Assembly: GCA_051313645.2 (NCBI GenBank)
Contig: JBNRSN020000306.1
Span: 434,001 to 498,000, forward strand
Length of the DNA: 64,000 bases
Source: Centroscyllium fabricii
Lineage: Eukaryota
Direction of reading: 5' to 3'
Part shown: in pieces, positions 24,988 to 38,866 of the stretch
How positions within the stretch are numbered: position 1 is the first letter of the stretch
Layout of the letters: the number at the start of each line of letters is the position of its first letter
The notes under the pieces: generated by a model
What the model was told of the DNA's origin: nothing
Seen by the model: the letters and a program-made list of their open reading frames with translations, nothing else
Databases searched by the model: none
Translations under genes and position numbers: made by a program

Positions 24988-26265
24988 ATAGTCATAGAGT
25001 CATAGAGCCATATAGCACAGAAAGAGGCCCTTCGGCCCATTACGTCCGTGCTGCCCATCCAAACCTAGTCTATTCTAATCCCACTTTCCTGCATTTGGAC
25101 CGTAGCATTGTATGTTGTAACATTTCAGGTGTACATCTAAATGCTTCTTGAACGTTGTGACTGTTCCCGACTCTACCACCCTTTCAGGCAGTGAGTTCCA
25201 GACTCCAACCACCCTCTGGGTGAAAAGGTTCTTCCTCACATCCCTCCAAATCCTCCCGCCTCTCACCCTGTCTCTATGCCCCCTCGTTATTGACCCTTCC
25301 ACGAATGGCAAAAGTTCACCGCCATCTACCTTATCTATGCCCCTCATGATTTTGTACACCTCAATCAGGTCCCCTCTCAGCCTCCGCTGCTCCAAGGAAA
25401 ACAACCCCAGCCTGTCCAGTCTCTCCTCATAGCTGAGGCTCTCCATCCCTGGCAGCATCCTGGAGAATCTCCTCTGCACCCTCTCCAAAGCTATCACATC
25501 CTTCCTATAGTGTGGCGACCAAAAACTGCACACAATACTCCAGCTGTGGTCTCACCAGTGTTTTGTTCAGCTCCATCATCACCGCCCTACTTTTGTATTC
25601 TATGCCCCTGCTAATGAAGGCAAGTATCCCATATGCCTTCTTGACCACCCTACCCAGCTGCCCTGCTGCCTTCAAGGACTTGTGGACCTGTACACCAAGG
25701 TCCCTCTGATCCTCTGTCTTCCCTAGAGTGCTACAATTCATGGTGTATTCCCACTCCATGTTAGTCCTGCCAAAATGCAGCACTTCGTACTTTTCAAGGT
25801 TAAGTTCCATTTGCCACTGTTCCGCCCATCTGACCAGCTCATCTATATCCCGTTGCAGCCTGCAGATCTCTTCCTCACTATTTACCACCCCTCCTATCTT
25901 CGTGTTGTTTGCAAACTTGCTGATCATGCCTTTTACGGTGATATCCAAATCATTAATGTAGACTACAAATAGCAAGGGACCCAGCACCGATCCCTGCGGT
26001 ACCCCACTGGACACCGGCCTCCAGTCACAAAAGCAACCTTCGACCATCACCCTCTGCCTTCTGTCACCAAGCCAGTTTTGGGTCCATTGTGCCAAGGTGC
26101 CCTGGATCCCATGGGCTCTTACCTCCTTGAGTAGTCTCCTATGCGGGACCTTATCAAAAGCCTTACTAAAATCCATGTAGACCGCATCCACTGCACTACC
26201 CCCATCCACATACTTGGTCACCCCTTCAAAAAATTCAATCAAATTAGTCAGACACGATCTTCCCT
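24988..26265 (-). mobile_element. Younger 5'-truncated CR1 nested in the older CR1
   Basis: Near-intact RT ORFs (VYMDFSKAFDKVPH, SGVPQGSVLGP, RPQLEYCVQF, LRGDLIEVYKI) and (CTATGACT)n tail at 24988-25010. Confidence 0.92.
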
Positions 26266-27851
26266 TGAATTCCCTATAAATTCCACTGATTCTGAGTGCA
26301 AGGGACCTACGCTTGACTTCGTAAATCTTTTTCTCTTCACATATTTATAAAGCTTTTACAGTCAGTTTTTTATGTTCCCTGCCAGCTCCCTCTCATACTC
26401 TATTTTCCCCCTCTTAATTAATCCCTTTGTCCGCCTCTATTGAAACCTAAACTGCTCCCAATCTTCAGGTTTACTGCTTTTTCCGGCCAATTTATATGCC
26501 TTCGCCTTGGATCTTATGCTATCCCTAATTTTCCAGTTAAGCCACGGTAGAGTCGCCTTTTTCGATTTATTTGTATGCCACACTTGGATGAGCACATTCT
26601 GTTGTTCATCCATTCGATATTTGAATGATAGCCATTGCCTTTCCACGGTCGACCTTTTGAGTGACATTCCCCAATCAATCCTACCCAACTTGCGCCTCAT
26701 ACTAACGTAGTTTCCTTTATTTAAATGTAGCACCCTAGTCTCTGAGTCAAATACTTCACTCTCCATCTCAATGAAGAATTCTATCATATTATGATTGATC
26801 CGACCCAATGGGCCTCGCACAACAAGATTGCTAATTAATCATTTCTCCTTACATAAAACCCAGTCTAAGATGGCATGAACTCTATTTTGTTCCTTTACAT
26901 TTTGTTCCAGAAAACAATCCCGCATACACACCAGGAATTCCTCCTCCACAACATTGTTACTAATTTGGTTAGCCCAATCTATATGTAGATTAAAGTCTCC
27001 CATGATAGCTGCTGTGCCCTTCTTGTACGCTTCTCTAATTGCCCATTTAATGCCATCCCCGACCTCCGCCTTACTGTTTATAGGTCTATATACCACTCCC
27101 ACTAACGTTTTCTGACCCTTGGCATTTCTGAGCTCCACCCATGCAGATTCCTCATCATCAGAGCTGCTATCTTTCATTAGAATTGTGTTAATTCCCTCTT
27201 TAACCTGCAATGCCAACACAACTCAATCATATCATATTCGTCTACCTCTATTTGTGCAGCCAATTTATCCACCTTATTACGAATGCTCCTCGTATTAAGA
27301 CACAAAGCCTTCAGGCTTTTTAACACTCTTAAATCCTTTTGAATTAAACCCTTGAATTCTCTTGCTGCAACTTTTGGTTTTCTCCTGCCTTTTGCTTTCA
27401 TCCTTGATTCTCTTTCCTCTCTCTCCCCACTTAGGTTCCCAAACCCCTGTAATTTTAGCTTAAACTCTCCCCCAGAGCACTAGCAAACTCTCCTCCATGA
27501 CAACGGTCCCGGCACGGCCCAGGTGCAGCCAGTCGTTTTTGTACTGGTCGCAACTCCCCCAGAACCGGTTCCAATATCCCAGGAATTTGAATCGCTCCCT
27601 CTTGAACAATTCCTCAGGACACGTAGTCATTTGAAATATCCTTCTTTTTCGACTCTGACTTGCACGTGGCACTGGCAGCAATCCTCATATAACTGCCTTT
27701 GAGGACGCATTTATTAATTTACATCCAGCACCCTTTATAGCTGTTTTTGGACCTCATCCCGGTGTCTACCTATATCATTTGACCCTATAAATACCACAAC
27801 AACTGGCGACTCTGAGACATCGTTGACCCTTGCCCCAGGGAGGCAACACAT

Positions 27852-28082
27852 ATAGAGACATAGAGTCATATTCATAGAGTCATACAGCACAGAGAGAGGC
27901 CCAATGGACTATCGCGTCCGAGCCGGCCATCAAGCCCTGTCTATTGAAATACCATTTTCCAGCACTTGGTCTGTAGCCTTGTATGCTATGGCATTTCAAG
28001 TGCTCATCTAAATGCTTCTTTAATGTTGTGAAGTTCCTGCCCCTATCACCATTTCAGGCAGTGAGTTTCAGATTCCAACCAT
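27852..28082 (-). mobile_element. CR1 3'-tail insert in ORF1 of the host CR1
   Basis: CATAGAGTCATA repeats and a tail homologous to 24990-25215. Confidence 0.75.
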
Positions 28083-28634
28083 CCTGGTGTCTAGTTTGCG
28101 GACTCAGATATGCATATATATTCCCCTTAAAATAGTGTCCACTATCAATATACCTCCGCCACAATTTTTGCTCCCGTCCTGTGCAGCAGGAGCAGATAAT
28201 CTTGCCAGGAAGTTGGCTGCTGCTACATTTGCCTGGTAGGCAATGTCCCCATCTGTATCCAAAGTGGGTTACCTGTTTGAGAGGGGGATGGTCAGAGGCA
28301 GTCCCTGCACTTCCTGCCTCTGCCTAATTCTCTGCCTCTAGTTCAGCGATTCACTTCCTGCCTGTGAAACCTTTGCCTGTGTTGTGACCAACTCACTAAA
28401 CGTGCTATTCACGAATTCCTCATCAGCGCGAATGCTCCAGAATGTTTCCTTTTGCAGACATAGTGCCGCAATGCGCTATGTCAGTAGCTGAAACTTGAGA
28501 AACTCCCTGCACAGAAAAACGTCACGGACACTTGATAAAGTCACGCATAATGAACTTTTAGATAAAGTTGAATCTCCTGGAATTGAAGGTAACATTTTTA
28601 TCCAGGTTGTGAAAATTGTTGCTCGACAGGAGAC

Positions 28635-28653
28635 CCGACTGAGCTATCCGGGC
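28635..28653 (-). pseudogene. tRNA-Lys 5' fragment (19 nt) at the array edge
   Basis: CCGACTGAGCTATCCGGGC on +, followed by the usual upstream flank. Confidence 0.75.
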
Positions 28654-30086
28654 TCTTGATAACCAAAGCTCACACACGTACTGTTCTTGGTTGCAGTGCA
28701 TCATTGCACCTCTTAAAAAATTCAATGTTCTTGTCCATAATCCAGCCTGTGCAGCGCATTTCTCCCACGAATCCCGTTTGACTGCCTCAAACCGCCATCA
28801 CTTCAGAAATATTCTCCCATCCACAAATGACTTGCTCTTTAGCAGCAGCGTCAGTTGTGACACATGCCGTGCCCCAGATATCTGTGTTGGATGTTCAACT
28901 TTACTTCCTATGTATGTTTGACTTGAATGGATCAATTGAGCGCTGGAGATCATAGTTTGATATCGCACAAAGTTAGACGATCCATTCTTACTGCAAATGG
29001 GAAATGCAGCCAACCAAATGGACAGAGAGAGAAGAAGCAAGCCGAGAAAACCAAGGCAAATCGTGTTCACTGTGCGGTAGTGTGACAGTACCAACATTGG
29101 AACAAAGTAAGATATTTTGGAGCATTTTCTAAATAATGGGAAACTATTAACTGTTGAGGAGCAAAGAGATTTCTGAGTCCCGGTTCACAAATCATTATTA
29201 GCTGATAGACATGGAGCAAAATTCACTCGAAAAAGTCGCGCATACTGGACTTTTAGCTACAGTTTAAGCTCGTGGCAGTGAAAGTAAAACTTTTATTCTG
29301 TTTAGATAATTGGTTGCTCGACAGGAGTCACATTTTTCGGATAATGATCTGGTTTTTTAATTAGCAGGATATGATGTGTGTTGTGATCGAAATAGATTTA
29401 ATGGTCCATGTAAATATATCATTAAATGGTTTTGGACAGAAAAAGGTTCAAAAAGACAAATTGAACTGTGATACTTATATCTTTGGAATTATAATATAAG
29501 AAGCAGAAATATGCCCCATCTATAACAAGTACCGGCAAGGCCACACCTGCGGTTCTGTGTTCAGTTCTGGGCATCACAGCTGAAGAAGGTGGTCCTTGGC
29601 TTAAAACTGGAACCCAGATTAACCAGAATGATACAGAGTGTCAACTTACAATGGAAGATTCCACAAACTAGGGTTACATTCCATGGAATTTAGAAGATTA
29701 AATGGTGAATTGATTGACATATTCGCGATATTATGTGGAACTGATAGTGTCGATAGCGAGAAGCGATGTTTGCTGATTGGCCAGTCTGGGAGTCGGGAAC
29801 ATAGCCTCAACCTAAGATCCCAGCATTCCAGGAGTGGAAAGAGTGTGGCAGAAATTTGTAACACACATCAGGAAACAACCGTTAAAGCTGGGTCGATTGT
29901 CAATCTTGAGATTGAGAGATGTTTGTTAACCAAAGGTATTAATTTGGAGCCAAAAGCGTTCCATCACAGATTTAATTGGGATGGCAGTGCGGTTCGAGGG
30001 GTTAAACGGCCTCCTCCTGTTGTTATTTTCAGTGTTAAATAATCAAAGTACAAATGCAGAGATGACAATCTTAATTTAAAGGTAAT

Positions 30087-30145
30087 CCCCGAACAGGAAT
30101 TTGAACCCTGGAACACTGATTCACTACCGACGGACATATCCGGGC
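30087..30145 (-). pseudogene. tRNA-Lys pseudogene with anticodon arm largely deleted
   Basis: CCCGAACAGGAATTTGAACCCTGG...CTACCGACGGACATATCCGGGC, ~59 nt. Confidence 0.8.
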
Positions 30146-30424
30146 TTTTAATAGCTAAAACTCACAATCGGACTGTCATTGGCTGCAGTGCATCATTGCT
30201 CCTCCTACAAATTCCTGTGGAATTTCAATAGAAGAAGCAGAAATATGCCCCATCTATACAAAGCACAGGAGAGACCACACCTGCGGTACTGTGTTCAGTT
30301 CTGGGCTTCACACCTGAGGAAGGTCGATAGCGAGAAGCGATGTTTGATGATTGACCTGCCCGGGAGCCGGGAACATAAATCATCGTTAAAGGATGCAGAG
30401 ACGACAATCTCCGTTTAAAAGCAG

Positions 30425-30497
30425 GGCCCGAACAGGGACTTGAACCCTGGACCCTCAGATTAAAAGTCTGATGCTCTACTGACTGAGCTATCCGGGT
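30425..30497 (-). tRNA. tRNA-Lys(TTT) variant, probably impaired (G1A, G18A, G73C)
   Basis: 73-nt match to the array consensus with three changes. Confidence 0.7.
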
Positions 30498-32199
30498 TCT
30501 TGCTAACAAAAGCTCATAATCGTACTGTCATTGGCTGCAGTGCATCATTGCACCTCCTACAAATTCAATTTTCTTGACCATAATCCAGCCTGTGCAGCAC
30601 ATTTAACCCACGAATCTAGATTGACTGCCTCAAACCGCCATCACTTCAGAAATATTCTCCCTTCCACAAATGACTTGCTCTTTAGCAGCAGCGTCAGTTT
30701 TCACAAATGCCGTGCCCCAGATATCTGTGTTGGATCTTCAACTTTTCTTCTTATATATGTTTGACTTGAATGGATCAATAGAGCGCTGGAGATCGTAGTT
30801 TTATATCGCACAAAGTTAGACGATCGATTCTTACTGCAAATGGGAAATACAGGGAACCAAATGGACAGAGAGAGAAGAAGCTAGCAGAGAAAACGAAGGC
30901 AAATCGTGTTCACTGTGAGCTAGTGTGATACCACCCACTTTGGAACAAAGTAAGATATTTCGGAGTATTTTCTAAATAATGGGAAGTTATTAACTGTTGA
31001 GGAGCAAAGAGATTTCTGAGTCCCGGTTCACAAATCATTATTAGCTGGTAGACATGGAGGAAAATACATTCGAAAAATACGCGCATACGGGACATTTAGC
31101 TACAGTTGAATCTCCTGGTAGTAAAGGTCAAATTTTTATCCTGGTTCGAAAATTGTTTGCTCGAAAAGAGACACATTTTTCGGATAATGATCTGGTAATT
31201 TAATTGGCAGGATATTATGAGTGTTGACTCTGAGCGATCTCTTTTCGGGCTTCAACAATTTACCGATTTTTTTACGACTTATTGATGGGATTGAGAAGCT
31301 CCCATGATAGATTGAGGATAAAAAAATGAAAGGCGGCATTAGAAGCAGTTTAGATGGGAGCAATACATTTGTCAAACTATTCGTAGATTGATTGAAAGGG
31401 CAAATCCTTTGCAAATTGATTTAAATATGATCAAGTGTGACGTCGTCCACTTCGGATCTGAAAAGGGGCGTCTAGTACACACTCCTTATAATGTTAAGAT
31501 GGAAAAAGTTGTGATCCGTAGTTTAAATGGTCCATGTACAAATATCATTAAATGGTCATGGACAGAAAAGATTCAAAAGACTATTTGAAAGGTGATATGT
31601 TTCTCTGTGGAATTTCAATAGAAGAAGCAGAAATATGCCCCATCTATACAAAGCACAGGAGAGACCACACCTGCGGTACTGTGTACAGTTCTGGGCTTCA
31701 AACCTGAGGAAGGTGGTCGTTGGCATAAAGGTGGAGCCTAGGTTTTCCAGAATGATACAGAGTGTCAACTTCCAAAGGAAGATTCCATAATCTAAGGTTA
31801 TATTACCTGGAATTTAGAAGATTAAATGGGGAATTGATGGAAGTATTCATGATATTATGTGGAACTGATCGTGTCGATAGCGAGAAGCGATGTTTGATGA
31901 TTGACCTGCCCGGGAGCCGGGAACATAGCCTCAAACTTAGATACATGAATTGCAGGAGTGGAGTGAGTGTGACAGAAATTTCTAACACACTTCAGCAAAC
32001 AACCCTTGAAGCTGGGTCAATTGTCAGTCTTGAGATTGAGAGATGTTTGTTAACCAAATGCATCAATGGAGCGTTCCAGCACAGAATTAATTAAATGGCA
32101 GAGCGGCTCGAGGGGTTAAAAAGCCTCACCCTGTTGTTATTTTCATCGTTAAAGGATCAGAGCACGGATGCAGATACGACAATCTCAGTTTAAATGCAG

Positions 32200-32272
32200 C
32201 GCCCGAACAGGGACTTGAACCCTGGACCCTCAGATTAAAAGTCTGATGCTTTACTGACTGAGCTATCCGGGC
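32200..32272 (-). tRNA. tRNA-Lys(TTT) variant (G18A, G22A; terminator reduced to T3)
   Basis: D-arm/A-box changes relative to consensus. Confidence 0.7.
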
Positions 32273-32697
32273 TTGCTAACCAAAGCTCACAATCGTTCTG
32301 TCATTGGCTGCAGTGCATCATTGCACCTCCTACAAATTCAATTTTCTTGCCCATAATCCAGCCTGTGCAGTGCATTTCTCCCACGAATCTAGATTGACGG
32401 CCTCAAACCGCCATCACTTCAGAAATATTCTCCCTTCCACAAATGACTTGCTCTCTTTAGCAGCAGCGTTAATTTTAACAAATGCCGTGCCCCAGATATC
32501 TGTGTTCGAACTTCCACATTTCTTCCTATGTATGTTTGACTTGAATGGATCAATAGAGCGCTGGAGATCGTAGTTTGATATCGCACAAAGTTAGACGATC
32601 GATTCTTACTGGAAATGGCATATACAGGGAACCAAATGGACAGAGAGAGTAGAAGCAAGCCGAGAAAACCAAGGCAAATCGTGTTCACTGTGAGCTA

Positions 32698-33124
32698 ACA
32701 TAGAAACATAGAAACATAGAAAATAGGTGCAGGAGTAGACCATTCGGTCCGTCGAGCCTGCACCGCCATTCAACACGTTCATGGCTGAACACAAGAACAC
32801 AACACAAGAACACAAGAACAGAAGAAACAAGAACACAGGAACACAAGAACACAAGAACCCCAGAAATACCAGCAGGAGTAGGCCAATCGGCCCCCCGAGC
32901 CCGCCCCCTCACCCATCCAGATCATTGCTGATCCTACCCTAACCTTCGTACCACTATCACCCTTCTCCCACCCAAAGAACCGTGTGATCTCCTGGGAGAG
33001 GCGAAAAACCGGATAAAAACCCAGGTCCAATTTGGGAAAATAAATCCGGGAAATTCCTCTCCGACCCCAATCCAGGCGATCGAAACTTGTCCAGGAGATC
33101 ACTCAGGTCTTACTATACTAACCA
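32698..33124 (-). mobile_element. ~427-bp composite retroposon insert in an array unit
   Basis: Absent from most units; two 3' tails (TTCTATGT)n and (TCTTGTGT)n; TA on both sides. Confidence 0.85.
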
Positions 33125-34403
33125 TAGTGTGATACCACCCACTTTGGAACAAAGTAAGATGTTTCGGAGTATTTTCTAAATAATGGGAAGTTATTAACTG
33201 TTGAGGAGCAAAGAGATTTCTGAGTCCCGGTTCACAAATCATTATTAGCTGGTAGACATGGAGCAAAATACATTCGAAAAATACGCGCATACGGGACTTT
33301 TAGCTACAGTTGAATCTCGTGGTAGTAAAGGTCACATTTTTATCCTGGTTCGAAAATTGTTTGCTCGACAAGAGACACATTTTTCGGATAATGATCTGGT
33401 AATTTAATTGGCAGGATATTATGAGTGTTGACTCTGAGCGATCTCTTTTCGGGCCTCAACAATTTACCGATTGTTTTACGACATATTGATGGGATTGAGA
33501 AGCTCCCATGATAGATTGAGGATAAAAAAATTAAAGGCGGCATTAGAAGCAGTTTAGATGGGAGCAATAAATTTGTCAAAATATTCATAGATTGATTGAA
33601 AGGGCAAATCCTTTGCAAATTGATTTAAATATTATCAAGTGTGACGTCATCCACTTCGGATCTGAAAAGGGGCGTCTAGTACACACTCGTTATAATGTTA
33701 AGATGGAAAAAGTTGTGATCCGTAGTCTAAATGGACCATGTACAAATATCATTAAATGGTCATGGACAGAAAAGATTCAAAAGACTATTTGAAAGGTGAT
33801 ATGTTTCTCTGTGGAATTTCAATAGAAAAAGCAGAAATATGCCCCATCTATACAAAGCACAGGAGAGACCACACCTGCGGTACTGTGTTCAGTTCTGGGC
33901 TTCAAACCTGAGGAAGGTGGTCGTTGGCATAAAGGTGGAGCCTAGGTTTACCAGAATGATACAGAGTGTCAACTTCCAAAGGAAGATTGCATAATCTAAG
34001 GTTATATTACCTGGAATTTAGAAGATTAAATGGGGAATTGATTGAAGTATTCACGATATTATGTGGAACTGATCGTGTCGATAGCGAGAAGCGATGTTTG
34101 ATGATTGACCTGCCCGGGAGCCAGGAACATAGCCTCAAACTTAAATACATGAATTGCAGGAGTGGAGTGAGTGTGACAGAAATTTCTAACACACTTCAGC
34201 AAACAACCCTTGAAGCTGGGTCAATTGTCATTCTTGAGATTGAGAGATGTTTGTTAACCAAATGCATCAATGGAGCGTTCCAGCACAGAATTAATTAAAT
34301 GGCAGAGCGGCTCGAGGTGTTAAAAAGCCTCACCCTGTTGTTATTTTCATTGTTAAAGGATCAGAGCACGGATGCAGAGACGACAATCTCAGTTTAAAAG
34401 CAG

Positions 34404-34476
34404 CGCCCGAAGAGGTACTTGAACCCTGGGCCCTCAGATTAAAAGTCTGATGCTTTACTAACTGAGCTATCCGGGC
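34404..34476 (-). pseudogene. tRNA-Lys(TTT) likely pseudogene (6 changes incl. C61A, G65C, G18A)
   Basis: T-stem and D-arm disrupted. Confidence 0.75.
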
Positions 34477-36177
34477 TTGCTAACCAAAGCTCACAATCGT
34501 TCTGTCATTGGCTGCAGTGCATCATTGCACCTCCGACAAATTCAATTTTCTTGCCCATAATCCAGCCTGTGCAGCGCATTTCTCCCACGAAACTAGATTG
34601 ACTGCCTCAAACCGCCAACACTTCAGAAATATTCTCCCTTCCACAAATGATTTGCTCTTTAGCAGCAGCGTCAGTTTTCACAAATGCCGTGCCCCAGATA
34701 TCTGAGTTGGATCTTCAACTTTTCTTCCTATGTATGTTTGACTTGAATGGATCAATAGAGCGCTGGAGATCGTAGTTTGATATCGCACAAAGTTAGTCGA
34801 TCGATTCTTACTGCAAATGGGAAATACAGGGAACCAAATGGACAGAGAGAGAAGAAGCAAGCCGAGAAAACCAAGGCAAATCGAGTTCACTGTGCGCTAG
34901 TGTGATACCACCCACTTTGGAACAAAGTAAGTTATTTCGGAGTATTTTCTAAATAATGGGAAGTTATTAACTGTTGAGGAGCAAAGAGATTTCTGAGTCC
35001 CGGTTCACAAATCATTATTAGCTGGTAGACATGGAGGAAAGCACATTCGAAAAATACGCGCATACGGGACATTTAGCTACAGTTGAATCTCGTGGTAGTA
35101 ATGGTCACATTTTTATCCTGGTTCGAAAATTGTTTGCTCGACAAGAGACACATTTTTCGGATAATGATCTGGTTATTTAATTGGCAGGATATTATGAGTG
35201 TTGACTCTGAGCGATCTCTTTTCGGGCCTCAACAATTTACCGATTTTTTTACGACTTATTGATGGGATTGAGAAGCTCCCATGATATATTGAGGATAAAA
35301 AAATGAAAGGCGGCATTAGAAAGAGTTTAGATGGGAGCAATACATTTGTCAAACTATTCATAGATTGATTGAAAGGGCAAATCCTTTGCAAATTGATTTA
35401 AATATGACCAAGTGTGACGTCATCCACTTCGGATCTGAAAAGGGGCGTCTAGTACACACTCGTTATAATGTTAAGATGGAAAAAGTTGTGATCCGTAGTC
35501 TAAATGGTCCATGTACAAATATCATTAAATGGTCATGGACAGAAAAGATTCAAAAGACTATTTAAAAAGGTGATATGTTTCTCTGTGGAATTTCAATAGA
35601 AGAAGCAGTAATATGCCCCATCTACACAAAGCACAGGAGAGACCACACCTGCGGTACTGTGTTCAGTTCTGGGCTTCACAACTGAGGATGGTGATCGATG
35701 GCATAAAGGTGGAGCCTAGGTTTACCAGAATGATACAGAGTGTCAACTTCCAATGGAAGATGGCATAATCTAGGGTTATATTACCTGGAATTTAGAAGAT
35801 TAAATGGGGAATTGATGGAAGTATTCACGATATTATGTGGAACTGATCGTGTCGAAAGCGAGAGGCGATGTTTGATGATTGACATGCCCGGGAGCCGGGA
35901 ACATAGCCTCAAACATAGATACATGAATTGCAGGAGTGGAGTGAGTGTGACAGAAATTTCTAACACACTTCAGCAAACAACCCTTGAAGCTGGGTCAATT
36001 GTCAATCTTGAGATTGAGAGATGTTTGTCAAACAAATGCATCAATGGAGCGTTCCAGCACAGATTTAATTAAATCGCAGAGCGGCTCGAGGGGTTAAAAA
36101 GCCTCATCCTATTGTTATTTTCATCTTTAAAGGATCAGAGCACGGATGCAGAGACGACAATCTCCGTTTAAAAGCAG

Positions 36178-36250
36178 CGCCGGAACAGGGACTTGAGCCC
36201 TGGAACCTCAGATTAAAAGTCTGATGCTCTACCGACTGAGCTATCCGGAT
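36178..36250 (-). pseudogene. tRNA-Lys(TTT) likely pseudogene (G1A, C2T, G46T, T54C, G69C)
   Basis: Acceptor stem and B box altered. Confidence 0.75.
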
Positions 36251-37942
36251 TCTTGCTAACCAACGCTCACAATCGTACTATCATTGGCTGCAGTGCATCA
36301 TTGCACATCCTTCAAATTCAATTTTCTTGCCCATAATCCAGCCTGTGCAGCGCATTTCACCCACGAATCTAGATTGACTGCCTGAAACCGCCATCACTTC
36401 AGAAATATTCTCCCTTCCACAAATGACTTGCTCTTTAGCAGCAGCGTCAGTTTTCACAAATGCGGTGCCCCAGATATCTGTGCTGGATCTTCCACTTTTC
36501 TTCCTATGAATGTTTGACTTGAATGGATCAATAGAGCGCTGGAGATCGTAGTTTGATATCGCACAAAGTTAGACGATCGATTCTTACTGGAAATGGGAAA
36601 TACAGGGAACCAAATGGACAGAGAGAGTAGAAGCAAGCCGAGAAAACCAAGGCAAATCGTGTTCACTGTGAGCGAGTGAGATACCACCCACTTTGGAACA
36701 AAGTAAGATATTTCGGAGTATTTTCTAAATAATGGGAAGTTATTAACTGTTGAGGAGCAAAGAGATTTCTGAGTCCCGGTTCACAAATCATTATTAGCTG
36801 GTAGACATGGAGCAAAATACATTCGAAAAATACGCGCATACGGGACTTTTAGCTACAGTTGAATCTCGTGGTAGTAAAGGTCACATTTTTATCCTGGTTC
36901 GAAAATTGTTTGCTCGACAAGAGACACATTTTTCGGATAATGATCTGGTAATTTAATTGGCAGGATATTATGAGTGTTGACTCTGAGCGATCTCTTTTCG
37001 GCCCTCAACAATTTACCGATTGTTTTACGACTTATTGATGGGATTGAGAAGCTCCCATGATAGATTGAGGATAAAAAAATTAAAGGCGGCATTAGAAGCA
37101 GTTTAGATGGGAGCAATAATTTGTCAAAATATTCATAGATTGATTGAAAGGGCAAATCCTTTGCAAATTGATTTAAATATTATCAAGTGTGACGTCATCC
37201 ACTTCGGATCTAAAAAGGGGCGTCTAGTACACACTCGTTATAATGTTAAGATGGAAAAAGTTGTGATCCGTAGTCTAAATGGTCCATGTACAAATATCAT
37301 TAAATGGTCATGGACAGAAAAGATTCAAAAGTCTATTTGAAATGTGATATGTTTCTCTGTGGAATTTCAATAGAAGAAGCAGAAATATGCCCCATCTATA
37401 CAAAGCACAGGAGAGACCACACGTGCGGTAATGTGTTCAGTTCTGGGCTTCACACCTGAGGAAGGTGGTCGTTGGCATAAAGGTGGAGCCTAGGTTTACC
37501 AGAATGATACAGAGTGTCAACGTCCAATGGAAGATTGCATAATCTAGGGTTATATTACCTGGAATTTAGATGATTAAATGGGGAATTGATGGAAGTATTC
37601 ACGATATTATGTGGAACTGATCGTGTGGATAGCGAGAAGCGATGTTTGATGATTGACCTGCCCGGGAGCCGGGAACATAGCCTCAAACATAGATACATGA
37701 ATTGCAGGAGTGGAGTGAGTGTGACAGAAATTTCTAACACACTTCAGCAAACAACCCTTGAAGCTGGGTCAATTGTCAGTCTTGAGATTGAGAGATGTTT
37801 GTTAAACAAATGCATCAATGGAGCGTTCCAGCACAGATTTAATTAAATGGCAGAGCGGCTAAAAAGCCTCATCCTGTTGTTATTTTCATCGTTAAATGAT
37901 CAGAGCACGGATGCAGAGACGACAATCTCCGTTTAAAAGCAG

Positions 37943-38015
37943 CGCCCGAACAGGGACTTGAACCCTGGACCCTCAGATTAAAAGTCTGATGCTCTACCGA
38001 CTGAGCTACCCGGGC
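37943..38015 (-). tRNA. tRNA-Lys(TTT), A7G variant
   Basis: One change giving a G7:U66 pair; T4 terminator present. Confidence 0.88.
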
Positions 38016-38440
38016 TCTTGCCAACCAAATCTCGCAATCGGACTGTCATTGGCTGCAGTGCATCATTGCAACTCCTGCAAATTCAATTTTCTTGCCCATA
38101 ATCCAGCCTGTGCGGCGCATTTCTCCCACGAATCTAGATTGACGGCCTCAAACCGCCATCACTTCAGAAATATTCTCCCTTCCACAAATGACTTGCTCTT
38201 TAGCAGCAGCGTTAATTTTTACAAATGCCGTGCCCCTGATATCTGTGTTGGAACTTCCACATTTCTTCCTATGTATGTTTGACTTGAATGGATCAATAGA
38301 GCGCTGGAGATCGTAGTTTGATATCGCACAAAGTTAGACGATCGATTCTTACTGGAAATGGCATATACAGGGAACCAAATGGACAGGGAGAGTAGAAGCA
38401 AGCCGAGAAAACCAAGGCAAATCGTGTTCACTGTGAGCTA

Positions 38441-38866
38441 ACATAGAAACATAGAAACATAGAAAATAGGTGCAGGAGTAGACCATTCGGTCCGTCGAGC
38501 CTGCACCGCCATTCAACACGTTCATGGCTGAACACAAGAACACAACACAAGAACACAAGAACAGAAGAAACAAGAACACAGGAACACAAGAACACAAGAA
38601 CCCCAGAAATACGAGCAAGAGTAGGCCAAACGGCCCCCCAGCCCGCCCCCTCACTCATCCAGATCATTGCTGATCCTACCCTAACCTTCGTACCACTATC
38701 ACCCTTCTCGCACCCAAAGAACCGTGTGATCTCCTGGGAGAGGCGAAAAACCGGATAAAAACCCAGGTCCAATTTGGGAAAATAAATCTGGGAAATTCCT
38801 CTCCGACCCCAATCCACGCGATCGAAACTTGTCCAGGAGATCACTCAGGTCTTACTATACTAACCA
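38441..38866 (-). mobile_element. Second copy of the ~426-bp insert
   Basis: Same sequence and same unit position as 32698-33124. Confidence 0.85.

Larger units (their letters stand above)
23785..28480 (-). mobile_element. Long CR1 LINE with ORF1 (SGNH esterase-like) and ORF2 remnants, hosting nested inserts
   Basis: ORF1-like LPVPRAS...FKFLGYW..FWG..D.YK.D.LHL (27460-27681); EN motifs GVVYRP, IMGDFN (26839-27219); RT region 23800-24980. Confidence 0.85.
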
